From Candidatus Methylomirabilia bacterium (GTDB lineage Bacteria; Methylomirabilota; Methylomirabilia; Rokubacteriales; CSP1-6): a stretch of 45,967 nucleotides of DNA. Location of the stretch: positions 1 to 45,967 of the forward strand of contig JBGPXN010000016.1 of NCBI GenBank assembly GCA_041492755.1, written 5' to 3'. The position numbers and the translations under genes were made by a program. Under the pieces are notes generated by a model. The model did not search any database and was not told where the DNA came from. It saw only the letters and a program-made list of their open reading frames with translations. Below, in pieces: positions 8,585-17,145 of the stretch (its first letter is position 1; every line of letters begins with the position of its first letter).

Positions 8585-9883
8585 ATGGCTCGACACCGTC
8601 GCGGCGTCGCTCGACGTCAACTGGTCGCCCTCGCCGTCGGCCTGTTCGCCGCGCTCACGGTTGCCAGCGCGGCGGCCGAGGAGGCGACCGCCACCGATCG
8701 CTTGCGTGAATTCTTCCGTGCCGCCAACCACGCGCTGGCCGATCCAGCGCTGGAGGAACGTCCGTACGACCGCCTCGGGGCCATCCGGCTCCTGGTCCTC
8801 GACCTCGTCGATTTTCGCGCCGCCGCCGCCGCCGCGCTCGGCCCGGCGTGGCAGGCGCGGTCCGCCGACGAGCGCGAGCAATTCGTGCGGCTGTTCACGG
8901 AGCTGCTCCAGTCGTCGCTCCTGTCCCGCGTGCGTTCGCGCGCCCGCCTCGAGGGTGGGCTGGCGATCAACTACACCGGCGAGGTGAAGGACTACGACGG
9001 CGTGACGGTGCGCACGGAGATGACGACGCGAACGGGGGACGAGATCAGCGTGGGCTTCGCGATGGCGCGGAGCGGAGCGGGCTGGAGGGTTCGCGACGTC
9101 GTGGTAGAGGGCGTGAGCCTCGTCGCGAACTACCGCGCGCAGTTCCAGCGCGTCCTGCAACGCGAGTCGTTCGCGGAGCTCGTGGCCGAGATACGCGACC
9201 GCGTCGATACCGTCGCCGCGGCCATCGAAGCGCCCGGCCCACCGACGCCGGCAGCGCAGACCGCGACTGCCGCACCCGTGAAACTGCAGGCCGGCACGCC
9301 GCCACTCGCGTCGACGGCAGCTCCCGGGCCGCCCCCCCCGCTCGCCGTCCCCGTCGCTGCATCGCCCGCGCCCGCTTCGCTGGCCAGCGCTCCGGCACTG
9401 CCCTCCATCGCGGCGGCCGTCCGGACGGCCACGGCAGCTCCGGTCCCGGTCGTCCGGACTACCGGTTCCGCAGTGGCGATGATCATTCCTCCGGCGGCGC
9501 TACCGCTGGCGCCGCCTGTCGTCGTCGCACCCGAGCCGGAAACGACGACGACCGCGCCCACGACCCCCGACTTGGAGCTCGCGACCGACGAGGTGTCGTT
9601 CCCGTCCTCCGCCACGGCAACCTCCGCACGCGTGGTCGAGTGGAAATTGCCGCGGCCCACGACGTATTGGGTTCAGGTGGGTGCCTTCCATGGCGTGGAG
9701 GCGGCGACGCGCGCTGCGGTGGCACTGCGAGAGCACGCCGTCACCCTCGTCACTACTCCGGGCTCGAGCCCGGTCCTGCGCGTGCTCCTCGGGCCGTTCG
9801 TCCGCCGAGCCGACGCCGTTCTGATGCTGCGGTCTCTGAAGGGACGTGGCTTCGACGGCTTTCTCGCCGAGCGACCGGAGTAG
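8585..9883 (+). CDS. MlaC/Ttg2D-like domain, Pro/Ala/Thr linker and C-terminal SPOR domain fusion
   Basis: Signal peptide; DFRAAAAAALGPAW...EREQFVRLFTELL...WRVRDVVVEGVSLVANYRAQF (MlaC-like); YWVQVGAF...RVLLGPF..RADA (SPOR-like). Confidence 0.8.
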   Translation: MARHRRGVARRQLVALAVGLFAALTVASAAAEEATATDRLREFFRAANHALADPALEERPYDRLGAIRLLVLDLVDFRAAAAAALGPAWQARSADEREQFVRLFTELLQSSLLSRVRSRARLEGGLAINYTGEVKDYDGVTVRTEMTTRTGDEISVGFAMARSGAGWRVRDVVVEGVSLVANYRAQFQRVLQRESFAELVAEIRDRVDTVAAAIEAPGPPTPAAQTATAAPVKLQAGTPPLASTAAPGPPPPLAVPVAASPAPASLASAPALPSIAAAVRTATAAPVPVVRTTGSAVAMIIPPAALPLAPPVVVAPEPETTTTAPTTPDLELATDEVSFPSSATATSARVVEWKLPRPTTYWVQVGAFHGVEAATRAAVALREHAVTLVTTPGSSPVLRVLLGPFVRRADAVLMLRSLKGRGFDGFLAERPE

Positions 9884-10017
9884 AGCAGGATCCGCTCCAC
9901 GTCCCGCTCGCCGTACTGGCGATAACCGGCGGATGCGCGGTTCGCGGTAATGGACATCCTCGGCACGCTTCTCGCCGCCCTCCTCTGGGTCACCGCGCCC
10001 GGAATTCGAACGCGGAC

Positions 10018-10818
10018 TCAGGACGAAGGCTTGCGCTCCTTGTCGGCGTAGGAGACCGCGAGCCCCGCCCCCGCGTCGGCCTGGATGCCGTACGGCGGGA
10101 TGGGATACCGCAGGCCGTTCTTGCTGAGCGCCGCGAGGCCTTCGATGACCTTGGCCAGATAGCGCGGTGGAATCGCCATCAACAGCTCGTCGTCGGCGAC
10201 ACCGCCATACCGGCGCTCGGCGTAGCACGGGATCGTCAGCGCCGGCTCGCCGGTGCGCAGCGCCTTGCCCCAGGAATCGGCGCACGCCGATTCGCCCACG
10301 GAGGTGAACGAGAGCTTCTTGTAGCCGCTCCACTGCAGACCGTTGATGAAGAAGATCATCTGGCCGGGCGTGCCGTAGATCAGGCAGATGTCGGGCGGGT
10401 TCAGGCGGCCCGACGTGAGCGGCGACACCGCCATCGCGCGGTAACGGCCGTGCGGCACGACGTCCATGGCGCGCTGGTGCTCGGCGGCATCGGCCTGGGT
10501 CGCGAACCACACCCCGGCCATGCGGCGTCCGGACAGCCAGTCGTCGTCTTGAGGATGCAGCCCGATCACGGCGCCGCACTGCGCGCCGACGAGATCGGCC
10601 ATCGTGATGCCCACGGTCCAGCCCAGCTGGCGGGCCTGGGCCACGATCTGGTCGGTGGTGTGCTTGGCGCGTGGGCGGCGAATCTTCGGGATCGCCTCCA
10701 TCTCTTCGACGGTCTCGAAGAGCTTCATGCCGATGGGAATGGAGCGCAGGCGCAGATAGCGATCGAGGCCGCCCACGAGGGCGTCCCAGTCGTACGTGAC
10801 CGTGTCGTTGGTGGCCAT
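10018..10818 (-). CDS. DUF169 family protein
   Basis: LRLRSIPIGMK, PDICLIYGTPGQM, ESACADS, IPCYAERRYGG..DDELLMAIP; GGGGAG SD. Confidence 0.75.
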   Translation of the reverse strand: MATNDTVTYDWDALVGGLDRYLRLRSIPIGMKLFETVEEMEAIPKIRRPRAKHTTDQIVAQARQLGWTVGITMADLVGAQCGAVIGLHPQDDDWLSGRRMAGVWFATQADAAEHQRAMDVVPHGRYRAMAVSPLTSGRLNPPDICLIYGTPGQMIFFINGLQWSGYKKLSFTSVGESACADSWGKALRTGEPALTIPCYAERRYGGVADDELLMAIPPRYLAKVIEGLAALSKNGLRYPIPPYGIQADAGAGLAVSYADKERKPSS

Positions 10819-10887
10819 GGTGATCTCCCCGGGCGCGATGGTACCCTGATCCGCCACCGACATCATCTGCGACCAGGGAGGTCATCC

Positions 10888-11718
10888 ATGGAGCTGAACC
10901 GGCGCAATTTCCTCAAGATAAGCGGCGCCCTCACGTTCACACTGGCCACCGACGCGGCCTGGGCGCAGACCGCGAAGGCCGAGGTGCACTGGCTCGGCCA
11001 GGCGGCGACGAAGCTCACCACGCTCACCGGCAAGGTGATCGTGATCGACCCCTTCCTCACCAACAACCCGAAGACGCCGGCCGAGTACAAGAACCTCGAC
11101 AAGCTCGGCAAGGTCGACGTGATCCTCGTCACCCACGGCCACGGCGACCACACCGGCGACGTCAAGGCGCTCGCCGAGCGGACCGGTGCCACCGTGCTGG
11201 GTCCGGCCGGTCTCATCGCGACGATGATCGATCTCGGCTGGGTGACGCCCGAGAAGGGCGTGCGCTTCGGCAAGGGCGGGCACGTGAATCCGCTGGGGCC
11301 CCAGATCACGATCACCCAGGTGCGGGCGGAACATTCGTCGGAGGTCACGGTCACCGACCCGGCCACGAAGAAGAGCACCACCTATCCCGGCGGCGAGCCG
11401 AGCGGGTTCATCATCCAGTTCGAGAACGGCTTCAAGCTCTACCACATGGGCGACACGGGTCTCTTCGGCGACATGAAGCTCATCGCCGAGTACTACAAAC
11501 CCGACCTCGTGATGATCCCGATCGGCGGCCACTTCGTGATGGACCCGCGCGATGCAGCCTACGCCACCCGGGAGCTGCTCAAGCCGCGATACGCCATTCC
11601 CATCCACTACGGGACGTTTCCGGTGCTCAAGGGCACACCGCAGGAATATCAGCAATTCCTCGGGCAGACGACGACGCAGGTCTTCCCGATCAACCCGGGC
11701 GACAAGCTGACCTTTTGA
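10888..11718 (+). CDS. Metallo-beta-lactamase-fold hydrolase (UPF0173-like) with Tat signal
   Basis: NRRNFLK Tat motif with AWA cleavage site; THGHGDH, YHMGDTGLF, IPIHYGTFP; GGAGG SD. Confidence 0.88.
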   Translation: MELNRRNFLKISGALTFTLATDAAWAQTAKAEVHWLGQAATKLTTLTGKVIVIDPFLTNNPKTPAEYKNLDKLGKVDVILVTHGHGDHTGDVKALAERTGATVLGPAGLIATMIDLGWVTPEKGVRFGKGGHVNPLGPQITITQVRAEHSSEVTVTDPATKKSTTYPGGEPSGFIIQFENGFKLYHMGDTGLFGDMKLIAEYYKPDLVMIPIGGHFVMDPRDAAYATRELLKPRYAIPIHYGTFPVLKGTPQEYQQFLGQTTTQVFPINPGDKLTF

Positions 11719-11730
11719 CGTCCTCGGTCG

Positions 11731-11906
11731 GGTGGGGGCGACCGCTGCTCCCCCCGAGACCCGCCACCGGCGGCCACCGCGAAGGACTGCGCCGGCGAAG
11801 CCGGTGCTCGACTCAGAGCCCGTGAGCGAATTCGAGGAGGGCCCCGGCTCCGCCGGGGCTCTCCGAGCGCCGGGGGGTATGGGGGGCCATGTCGGGGCCC
11901 CCCATG
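11731..11906. repeat. Composite REP-like palindrome cluster between convergent genes
   Basis: Hairpins GCGCCGGCGAAGCCGGTGC, GCCCCGGCTCCGCCGGGGC and ATGGGGGGCCATGTCGGGGCCCCCCAT; 11823-11880 is an inverted copy of 43-100. Confidence 0.75.
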
Positions 11907-11909
11907 TAC

Positions 11910-12281
11910 TCAGCCGCGCAGCCGGTCGAGCGCGCGGCGTTCCTGCTTGGTCGGCCGCCCGGCGCCGGGCGGCCGCCAGGCGGCCGCCGCCGTTCGGGCG
12001 CGCGGCGTCCGCGGCGGCGTGAGATCGTCGTAGAGCGTGCGGGCGATCTCGCCCGAGCCGCGGTGGTCGCTCAGCACGGTGACCCGGGCGATGCGCTCGC
12101 CGCCGGGCACGGTGACGCGGACGAGATCGCCCGGACGCACGAGCTTCGCCGGTTTTGCGGCCTCGCCGTTGACGTCGACCTTGCCGCCCGCGCAGGCCGC
12201 CGTGGCGAGGCTGCGCGTCTTGAAGAAGCGCGCGGCCCACAGCCACTTGTCCACGCGGAGCGAACTCGCAGCGTCGGTCAT
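11910..12281 (-). CDS. hslR: Ribosome-associated heat shock protein Hsp15 (S4 domain)
   Basis: RVDKWLWAARFFKTRSLA, GKVDVNG..AKP, GRPTKQERR. Confidence 0.92.
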   Translation of the reverse strand: MTDAASSLRVDKWLWAARFFKTRSLATAACAGGKVDVNGEAAKPAKLVRPGDLVRVTVPGGERIARVTVLSDHRGSGEIARTLYDDLTPPRTPRARTAAAAWRPPGAGRPTKQERRALDRLRG

Positions 12282-12398
12282 GGCGCGACGCTATCATAGG
12301 CGGTGAATCCCGCCGTCGCGTGCGCGGCGCGGACCCATGGGCCGAACGGCGCATTTCGGAAGCCGAGCGACGCAATTCAGGAGAGGAAGGAGCCCGCC

Positions 12399-13067
12399 AT
12401 GGCTCGTGTGCTCGTGGCAAGCGTGCTGGTCCTGGTGGCGGCAATCGCGTGGGCGGCAGATCAATTCGTGGTCGAAGACTGGGCCAAGATCCTGGTCGGC
12501 ACGCGCGGCATCCCGCCGGAGTGGAAGGGCCAGAACTGGGGCAGCCCCAAATACGAGTTCACGGTGGTGGAGGACGGCGGCCCGAAGGTGCTTCACCTGG
12601 TGAGCAGGAACGAGGGCTCCACCATCAGCAAGGACGTTCGCGGCAAGGTCAACATCAAGGACACGCCGATTCTCGAATGGAGCTGGAAGGCCGTGGCGCT
12701 GCCCAAGGGCGGGAACTCCTGCAAGAAGGACACGGACGACCAGGCCGCCCAGGTCTTCGCCACCTGGCCACGGTTTCCGGAGCCGGTTCGCTCGCGCATC
12801 ATCGGCTACGTCTGGGACACGACGACTCCGGTCGGCACGATCTGCAAGAGCGAGAAGACCGGCACCGTCACCTACGTCGTCCTCCGATCGGGCCCGGCCG
12901 AGCTCGGCAAGTGGATCACCGAGCGCCGCAACCTCCAGGAGGACTTCAAGAAGATCTACGGGGAAGACCCGGACAATCCGGCGGCCGTCTCCATCGCGAT
13001 CGACTCCAACGACACCAACTCGCTGTCCGAGTCCTACATGGGCAAGATCCTATTCCGTCGCCCGTGA
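12399..13067 (+). CDS. DUF3047 family secreted protein
   Basis: Signal peptide ending AWA; TPILEWSWK, DDQAAQV, IIGYVWD, WITERRN..EDFKKIYGE, IDSNDT; AAGGAG SD. Confidence 0.8.
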   Translation: MARVLVASVLVLVAAIAWAADQFVVEDWAKILVGTRGIPPEWKGQNWGSPKYEFTVVEDGGPKVLHLVSRNEGSTISKDVRGKVNIKDTPILEWSWKAVALPKGGNSCKKDTDDQAAQVFATWPRFPEPVRSRIIGYVWDTTTPVGTICKSEKTGTVTYVVLRSGPAELGKWITERRNLQEDFKKIYGEDPDNPAAVSIAIDSNDTNSLSESYMGKILFRRP

Positions 13068-13717
13068 CCGATCCTCGCGAGTTCGTGCGCGCGCTCGCCG
13101 GGGAGAACGCGGCGTTCTGGGTCGGACGCGACGTGCGCGTCGATGACAGCGCGCCGGCCGAGGTCCGACTCCGCCAGATCCGCTTTCGCCTGCGCCAGGG
13201 CGTCTACAACGAGCTGCGCTCGACCGAGCTGATCGCGGCCTGGCTGCCCCACACGCCCGAGCGCGAGATTCGCGAGCTCCTCGCCGGCCAGCTCGACGAC
13301 GAGCACCGCCACTGGCAACTGCTGCGCCGGCGGGTCCGCGACGTCGGCGAGGACCCCGACGCCTACCGGCCGCTGCCCGAGTGGGAGGCGCTGTTCGACT
13401 GGCTCGTGGCCGCGCGCGCGCGCCCGACGCTCGAGCGCCTGGCGATGTTCCAGTTCGCGGGCGAGACCCAGTCCTGCGAGGGCTTCGAGACGCTCATCCG
13501 ACAGGCGCGCGACGTCGACCCCGAGTCGGCCCACCTCTACGCTCGCGCCATCCTCCCCGACGAATACCGCCACGCCGCCATCGGCCGCCGCGCCCTCCTC
13601 CTGCTCGCCGACACGCCGGCGACCCAGTCCACCGCCCGCGCCGCGTGCCGCGAGATGAACGAGCGCGTTGCCGCCGCCTATCACGCCCACCGCGCGCGCG
13701 CCGACCGCAACGCCTGA
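13064..13717 (+). CDS. Ferritin-like (diiron-carboxylate) protein
   Basis: Paired E...DExRH motifs (NE...DDEHRH and GE...PDEYRH); GTGA overlap with the DUF3047 gene. Confidence 0.75.
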   Translation: MTDPREFVRALAGENAAFWVGRDVRVDDSAPAEVRLRQIRFRLRQGVYNELRSTELIAAWLPHTPEREIRELLAGQLDDEHRHWQLLRRRVRDVGEDPDAYRPLPEWEALFDWLVAARARPTLERLAMFQFAGETQSCEGFETLIRQARDVDPESAHLYARAILPDEYRHAAIGRRALLLLADTPATQSTARAACREMNERVAAAYHAHRARADRNA

Positions 13718-13780
13718 CGCGCGCGCGCCGGACCCTTGCGCACGACGATCCGGTGGTCCGGAGATCCGTTGCCGCCTAAC

Positions 13781-13855
13781 CTACGAGGCGAGCCCGCGGA
13801 TCTTCGGATCGAGCACGTCGCGCAGCCCGTCGTCGAAGAGGTTCAGGGCGAGCAT
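13781..13855 (-). pseudogene. Orphan C-terminal fragment of a DppC/OppC peptide ABC permease
   Basis: Translates as MLALNLFDDGLRDVLDPKIRGLAS*, matching the L-N-L-x-G-D-G-L-R-D-x-L-D-P terminus; the rest of the gene is absent. Confidence 0.65.
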
Positions 13856-13862
13856 GATGTAT

Positions 13863-14477
13863 TTATAGCACCGGCCTCTCGTTGAGCCGGAGCACGGTCC
13901 AGCGCGAGCCGACGCGCTCGAGGACCGTGAGCGCGCCGTAGTCCTGCCCGAGCGCGAGGATGCGGCCACGGGGCAGGCCGAGCACGCGGCACAGCAACAC
14001 GCGATTGGTCCCGCCGTGGGCCACGACCGCGATCGCCTGCCCCGCGTGCGCGCCCACCACGCGCTCGAACGCCGGCCACGCGCGGTGCTCCAGGTCGACG
14101 AGGCTTTCCCCCTCCGGGAACGCGAACTCGCCGATGCCCGCCATCCATTCCCGGAACGCCGTCGGCTCGCGCTGCTCGATCTCCTCCGCCGTGAGCCCGT
14201 CCCAGCGGCCCATCGCCATCTCGCGCAAGTCGCCGACGACGTGCGGACGGAGTCCGTGCGCCCGGCCGATGATGGCGCCGCTCTCCCGCGCGCGGTCGAG
14301 ATCGCTCGAGTACACCGCGCTCAGCGCGACCTCGCGCAGGCGATCGGCCTGGATCGAACACTGTCGACGTCCGACGTCGGAGAGCGGCACGTCGAGATGA
14401 CCGATGAAGCGCCGCGTCTCCGCGTGGAGGACGGCGCCATGACGGAGAAGGTACACGCGCGTCGCGGCGGGCGTCAC
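13863..14477 (-). CDS. cobC: Histidine phosphatase, probable alpha-ribazole-5'-phosphate phosphatase
   Basis: YLLRHG, SSDLDRA, LREMAMGRWDG, VAHGG motifs; GTGA-coupled to cobS. Confidence 0.75.
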   Translation of the reverse strand: MTPAATRVYLLRHGAVLHAETRRFIGHLDVPLSDVGRRQCSIQADRLREVALSAVYSSDLDRARESGAIIGRAHGLRPHVVGDLREMAMGRWDGLTAEEIEQREPTAFREWMAGIGEFAFPEGESLVDLEHRAWPAFERVVGAHAGQAIAVVAHGGTNRVLLCRVLGLPRGRILALGQDYGALTVLERVGSRWTVLRLNERPVL

Positions 14478-15226
14478 CACGGGTCCCGGTTCAACCCGTG
14501 CGCCCACGCCGACACCGTCAGCAGCACGGCGAGCTCGGCCATCTCGACGGCCGCACCGAAGACGTCGCCGGTCACGCCCCCGAGCCGCCGGTTGAGGAAG
14601 TAGCCGATCGCGACCGCCGTCGTCACCGCGGCCGCAGTCGCCACCAACCCGACCGCGCCGAGCGCCACCGCCCCGACGAGCGTCGCGAGGGCGAGCGCGA
14701 TCAGGGTGGAGGCGCGGCCGAGCCCCGCCGCGAAGGTGGCGCCGTGACCATCGGCGCGCGCCGGCCGGTAGAGGCGGCCGAGGAGCGGAGGCACGGCGCG
14801 GCCGATCGTCGGGGCGGCGAGGAGCGCGCGCCAGCGCACGGATGGGTCCAGCTCCGCGACGGCGGCGACTTCGAGGGTCAGGAAGAGGATGAGTCCGATG
14901 GCCCCGAACGACCCGATGCGACTGTCTCGCATGATCCGCAGCCGATCGGCGGGCGTGCCGCCGATCAGGCCGTCCAGGCAGTCGGCGAGACCGTCGAGAT
15001 GCAATCCGCCGGTCAGCAGTTTCCAAACTGTCACGACCAGGAGGGCGGCGAGGAGCCCCGGGAAAATCCTGCCGACGATGCGCTCGACGACGACGACCAG
15101 GAGTCCGATGCCGAGCCCCACCACGGGGAACCAGGCGGCGGCCGCCCCCAACCGGCCGTGGTCGCGGCCGTCGCCAGGGAGGGGAAGGGTCGTGAGATAG
15201 CGAGCGGCCCTGAAAAGGCCCGACAC
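14474..15226 (-). CDS. cobS: Adenosylcobinamide-GDP ribazoletransferase (cobalamin synthase)
   Basis: TGGLHLDGLADCLDG, IMRDSRIGSFG, LGGVTGDVFGA. Confidence 0.95.
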   Translation of the reverse strand: MSGLFRAARYLTTLPLPGDGRDHGRLGAAAAWFPVVGLGIGLLVVVVERIVGRIFPGLLAALLVVTVWKLLTGGLHLDGLADCLDGLIGGTPADRLRIMRDSRIGSFGAIGLILFLTLEVAAVAELDPSVRWRALLAAPTIGRAVPPLLGRLYRPARADGHGATFAAGLGRASTLIALALATLVGAVALGAVGLVATAAAVTTAVAIGYFLNRRLGGVTGDVFGAAVEMAELAVLLTVSAWAHGLNRDPW

Positions 15227-15381
15227 CGGGCGATGCTAGCACGTTCTATTTGACGTTCGCGGCAGGAGCCCGCACGATAGCCGTGACGGTTCAGCCGGGC
15301 CGCGCCCCCACGCTGAGGGTCACGCGTCTGGGAGGCCCCGCCGGCCAGCCGTACTCTGGCCGTATTCGCGAGGACATACGC

Positions 15382-17124
15382 ATGAGCGTGACCACCGTCG
15401 TCGAGAAATGGGTCGAGCAAGCCGCCGCCCTTACCCAGCCGTCGCGCGTGGTGTGGTGTGACGGTTCGAAGTCCGAGTACGATGGGCTGATCGACTCGAT
15501 GCTGCGGGACGGCACGCTCCTGCCGCTCAATCCGAAGACCTACCCGAACTGCTACCTGCACCGGAGCCACCCCCAGGACGTCGCGCGCACCGAACAGCTC
15601 ACGTTCATCTGCACCCGAGCACAGGAAGAAGCCGGCCCGACCAACAACTGGATGGCGCCAGCGGACGCCAAGGCCAAAGCCGGCGCGTATCTGCGCGGAG
15701 CCATGAAGGGCCGGACGATGTACGTGATCCCCTACCTCATGGGGCCGGCCGGGTCGAGCATGAGCCGTGTGGGAATGATGGTGACCGACAGCGAGTACGT
15801 CGTGGCGAGCATGCACATCATGACGCGGGTCGGTCCCGTCGCCACCCAACACATGCGGTCGGACGACGACTTCGTGGCGGGGATCCACTCGATCGGCGAC
15901 CTGTCGCCCGACCGGCGGTTGATCCTGCACTTTCCGGAAGAGAAATTGATCTGGAGCGTGGGCTCCGGGTACGGCGGCAACGCGCTCCTCGGCAAGAAGT
16001 GTCACGCGCTCCGCATCGGCTCCTCCCAGGCACGCCAGGAAGGCTGGCTCGCCGAGCACATGCTGATTCTCGGCGTCGAGGACCCCGAGGGACGCATCAC
16101 GTATCTCGCCGGCGCCATGCCGAGCGCGTCGGGCAAGACGAACCTGTCCATGGTCGTCTCGCAGCTGCCCGGCTGGCGGGCGTGGACGGTGGGCGACGAC
16201 ATCGCGTGGATGCACGTGGATTCGACCGGCCAGCTCCGCGCGATGAATCCCGAGCGCGGCTTCTTTGGGGTGGCGCCCCACACGAGCCCGAACACGAATC
16301 CCAACGCCACCGCGATGGTGCGCTCCAACACGATCTTCACCAACGTTGCGCTCACCCCGTCGGGCGAGCCCTGGTGGGAGGGCCTCACGCCCCAGGCGCC
16401 CGCTGGGCTACAAGACTGGCAAGGCCGGACGTGGGAGCCGAGCATGGGGCCGGCCGCGCATCCGAATTCGCGCTTCACCGTCCTCGCCGAGCAGTGCCCG
16501 TCCATCGCGCCCAACTGGGAAGACCCGCAGGGCGTCCCCATCTCGGGACTCATCTTCGGCTCGCGTCGAAGCGCCGTGGTCCCGCTCGTGTTCGAAGCCT
16601 TCGACTGGACGCACGGCGTGTTCCTGGGCTCGGCGATGAGCACGGAGACGACGGCCGCCATCACCGGCCAGGTCGGCGTGGTCCGCCGGGATCCCATGGC
16701 GATGCTCCCGTTCTGCGGCTACAACATGGGCGACTACTTCGCGCACTGGCTCGCCATGGGCGCCCGCCTGCCGAAGCCCCCACCCATCTTCCGCGTCAAC
16801 TGGTTCCGCCGGGGCGCCGACGGCAAGTTCCTGTGGCCGGGCTACGGCGAGAACATGCGGGTGCTCAAGTGGATGGTGGAGCGCATCCGCGGCAGCGCGG
16901 GCGCCGTCGAGACGCCGATCGGCTGGGTGCCGAAGCCCACGGACCTGCACGCGAGTGGATCGAGCGTGCGCGAGGACCGGCTTCGCGAGGCGCTGCGCGT
17001 CGACTCCGCCGAGTGGCTCGCCACCCTCGGTGATCTCGGACAGTTCTACGACCAGTTCGGCGGGCGGCTGCCCCGCCCGATCGCGGAGAAGCTCGCGGAA
17101 GCCAAGCGCCGCTTCGGCGGCTGA
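15382..17124 (+). CDS. pckG: Phosphoenolpyruvate carboxykinase (GTP)
   Basis: GSGYGGNALLGKKC, WLAEHM, PSASGKTN, VGDDIAW, NPERGFFGVAP, AHPNSRF, RRDPMAMLPFCGYNM, VNWFR. Confidence 0.97.
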   Translation: MSVTTVVEKWVEQAAALTQPSRVVWCDGSKSEYDGLIDSMLRDGTLLPLNPKTYPNCYLHRSHPQDVARTEQLTFICTRAQEEAGPTNNWMAPADAKAKAGAYLRGAMKGRTMYVIPYLMGPAGSSMSRVGMMVTDSEYVVASMHIMTRVGPVATQHMRSDDDFVAGIHSIGDLSPDRRLILHFPEEKLIWSVGSGYGGNALLGKKCHALRIGSSQARQEGWLAEHMLILGVEDPEGRITYLAGAMPSASGKTNLSMVVSQLPGWRAWTVGDDIAWMHVDSTGQLRAMNPERGFFGVAPHTSPNTNPNATAMVRSNTIFTNVALTPSGEPWWEGLTPQAPAGLQDWQGRTWEPSMGPAAHPNSRFTVLAEQCPSIAPNWEDPQGVPISGLIFGSRRSAVVPLVFEAFDWTHGVFLGSAMSTETTAAITGQVGVVRRDPMAMLPFCGYNMGDYFAHWLAMGARLPKPPPIFRVNWFRRGADGKFLWPGYGENMRVLKWMVERIRGSAGAVETPIGWVPKPTDLHASGSSVREDRLREALRVDSAEWLATLGDLGQFYDQFGGRLPRPIAEKLAEAKRRFGG

Positions 17125-17145
17125 GCCGCCTCCAGCCGGACCAAC

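Noticed and set aside
7529..11718. Very long ORF-track entries (7529-9883, 8848-11718, 9500-10885) as single proteins
   Set aside because: They are GC-rich open-frame extensions overlapping real opposite-strand genes; the recognisable proteins start at 8585 and 10888.
15227..15381. Cobalamin riboswitch upstream of cobS
   Set aside because: No B12-box or conserved core recognised; the region is short, shared with pckG, and cobS looks leaderless.
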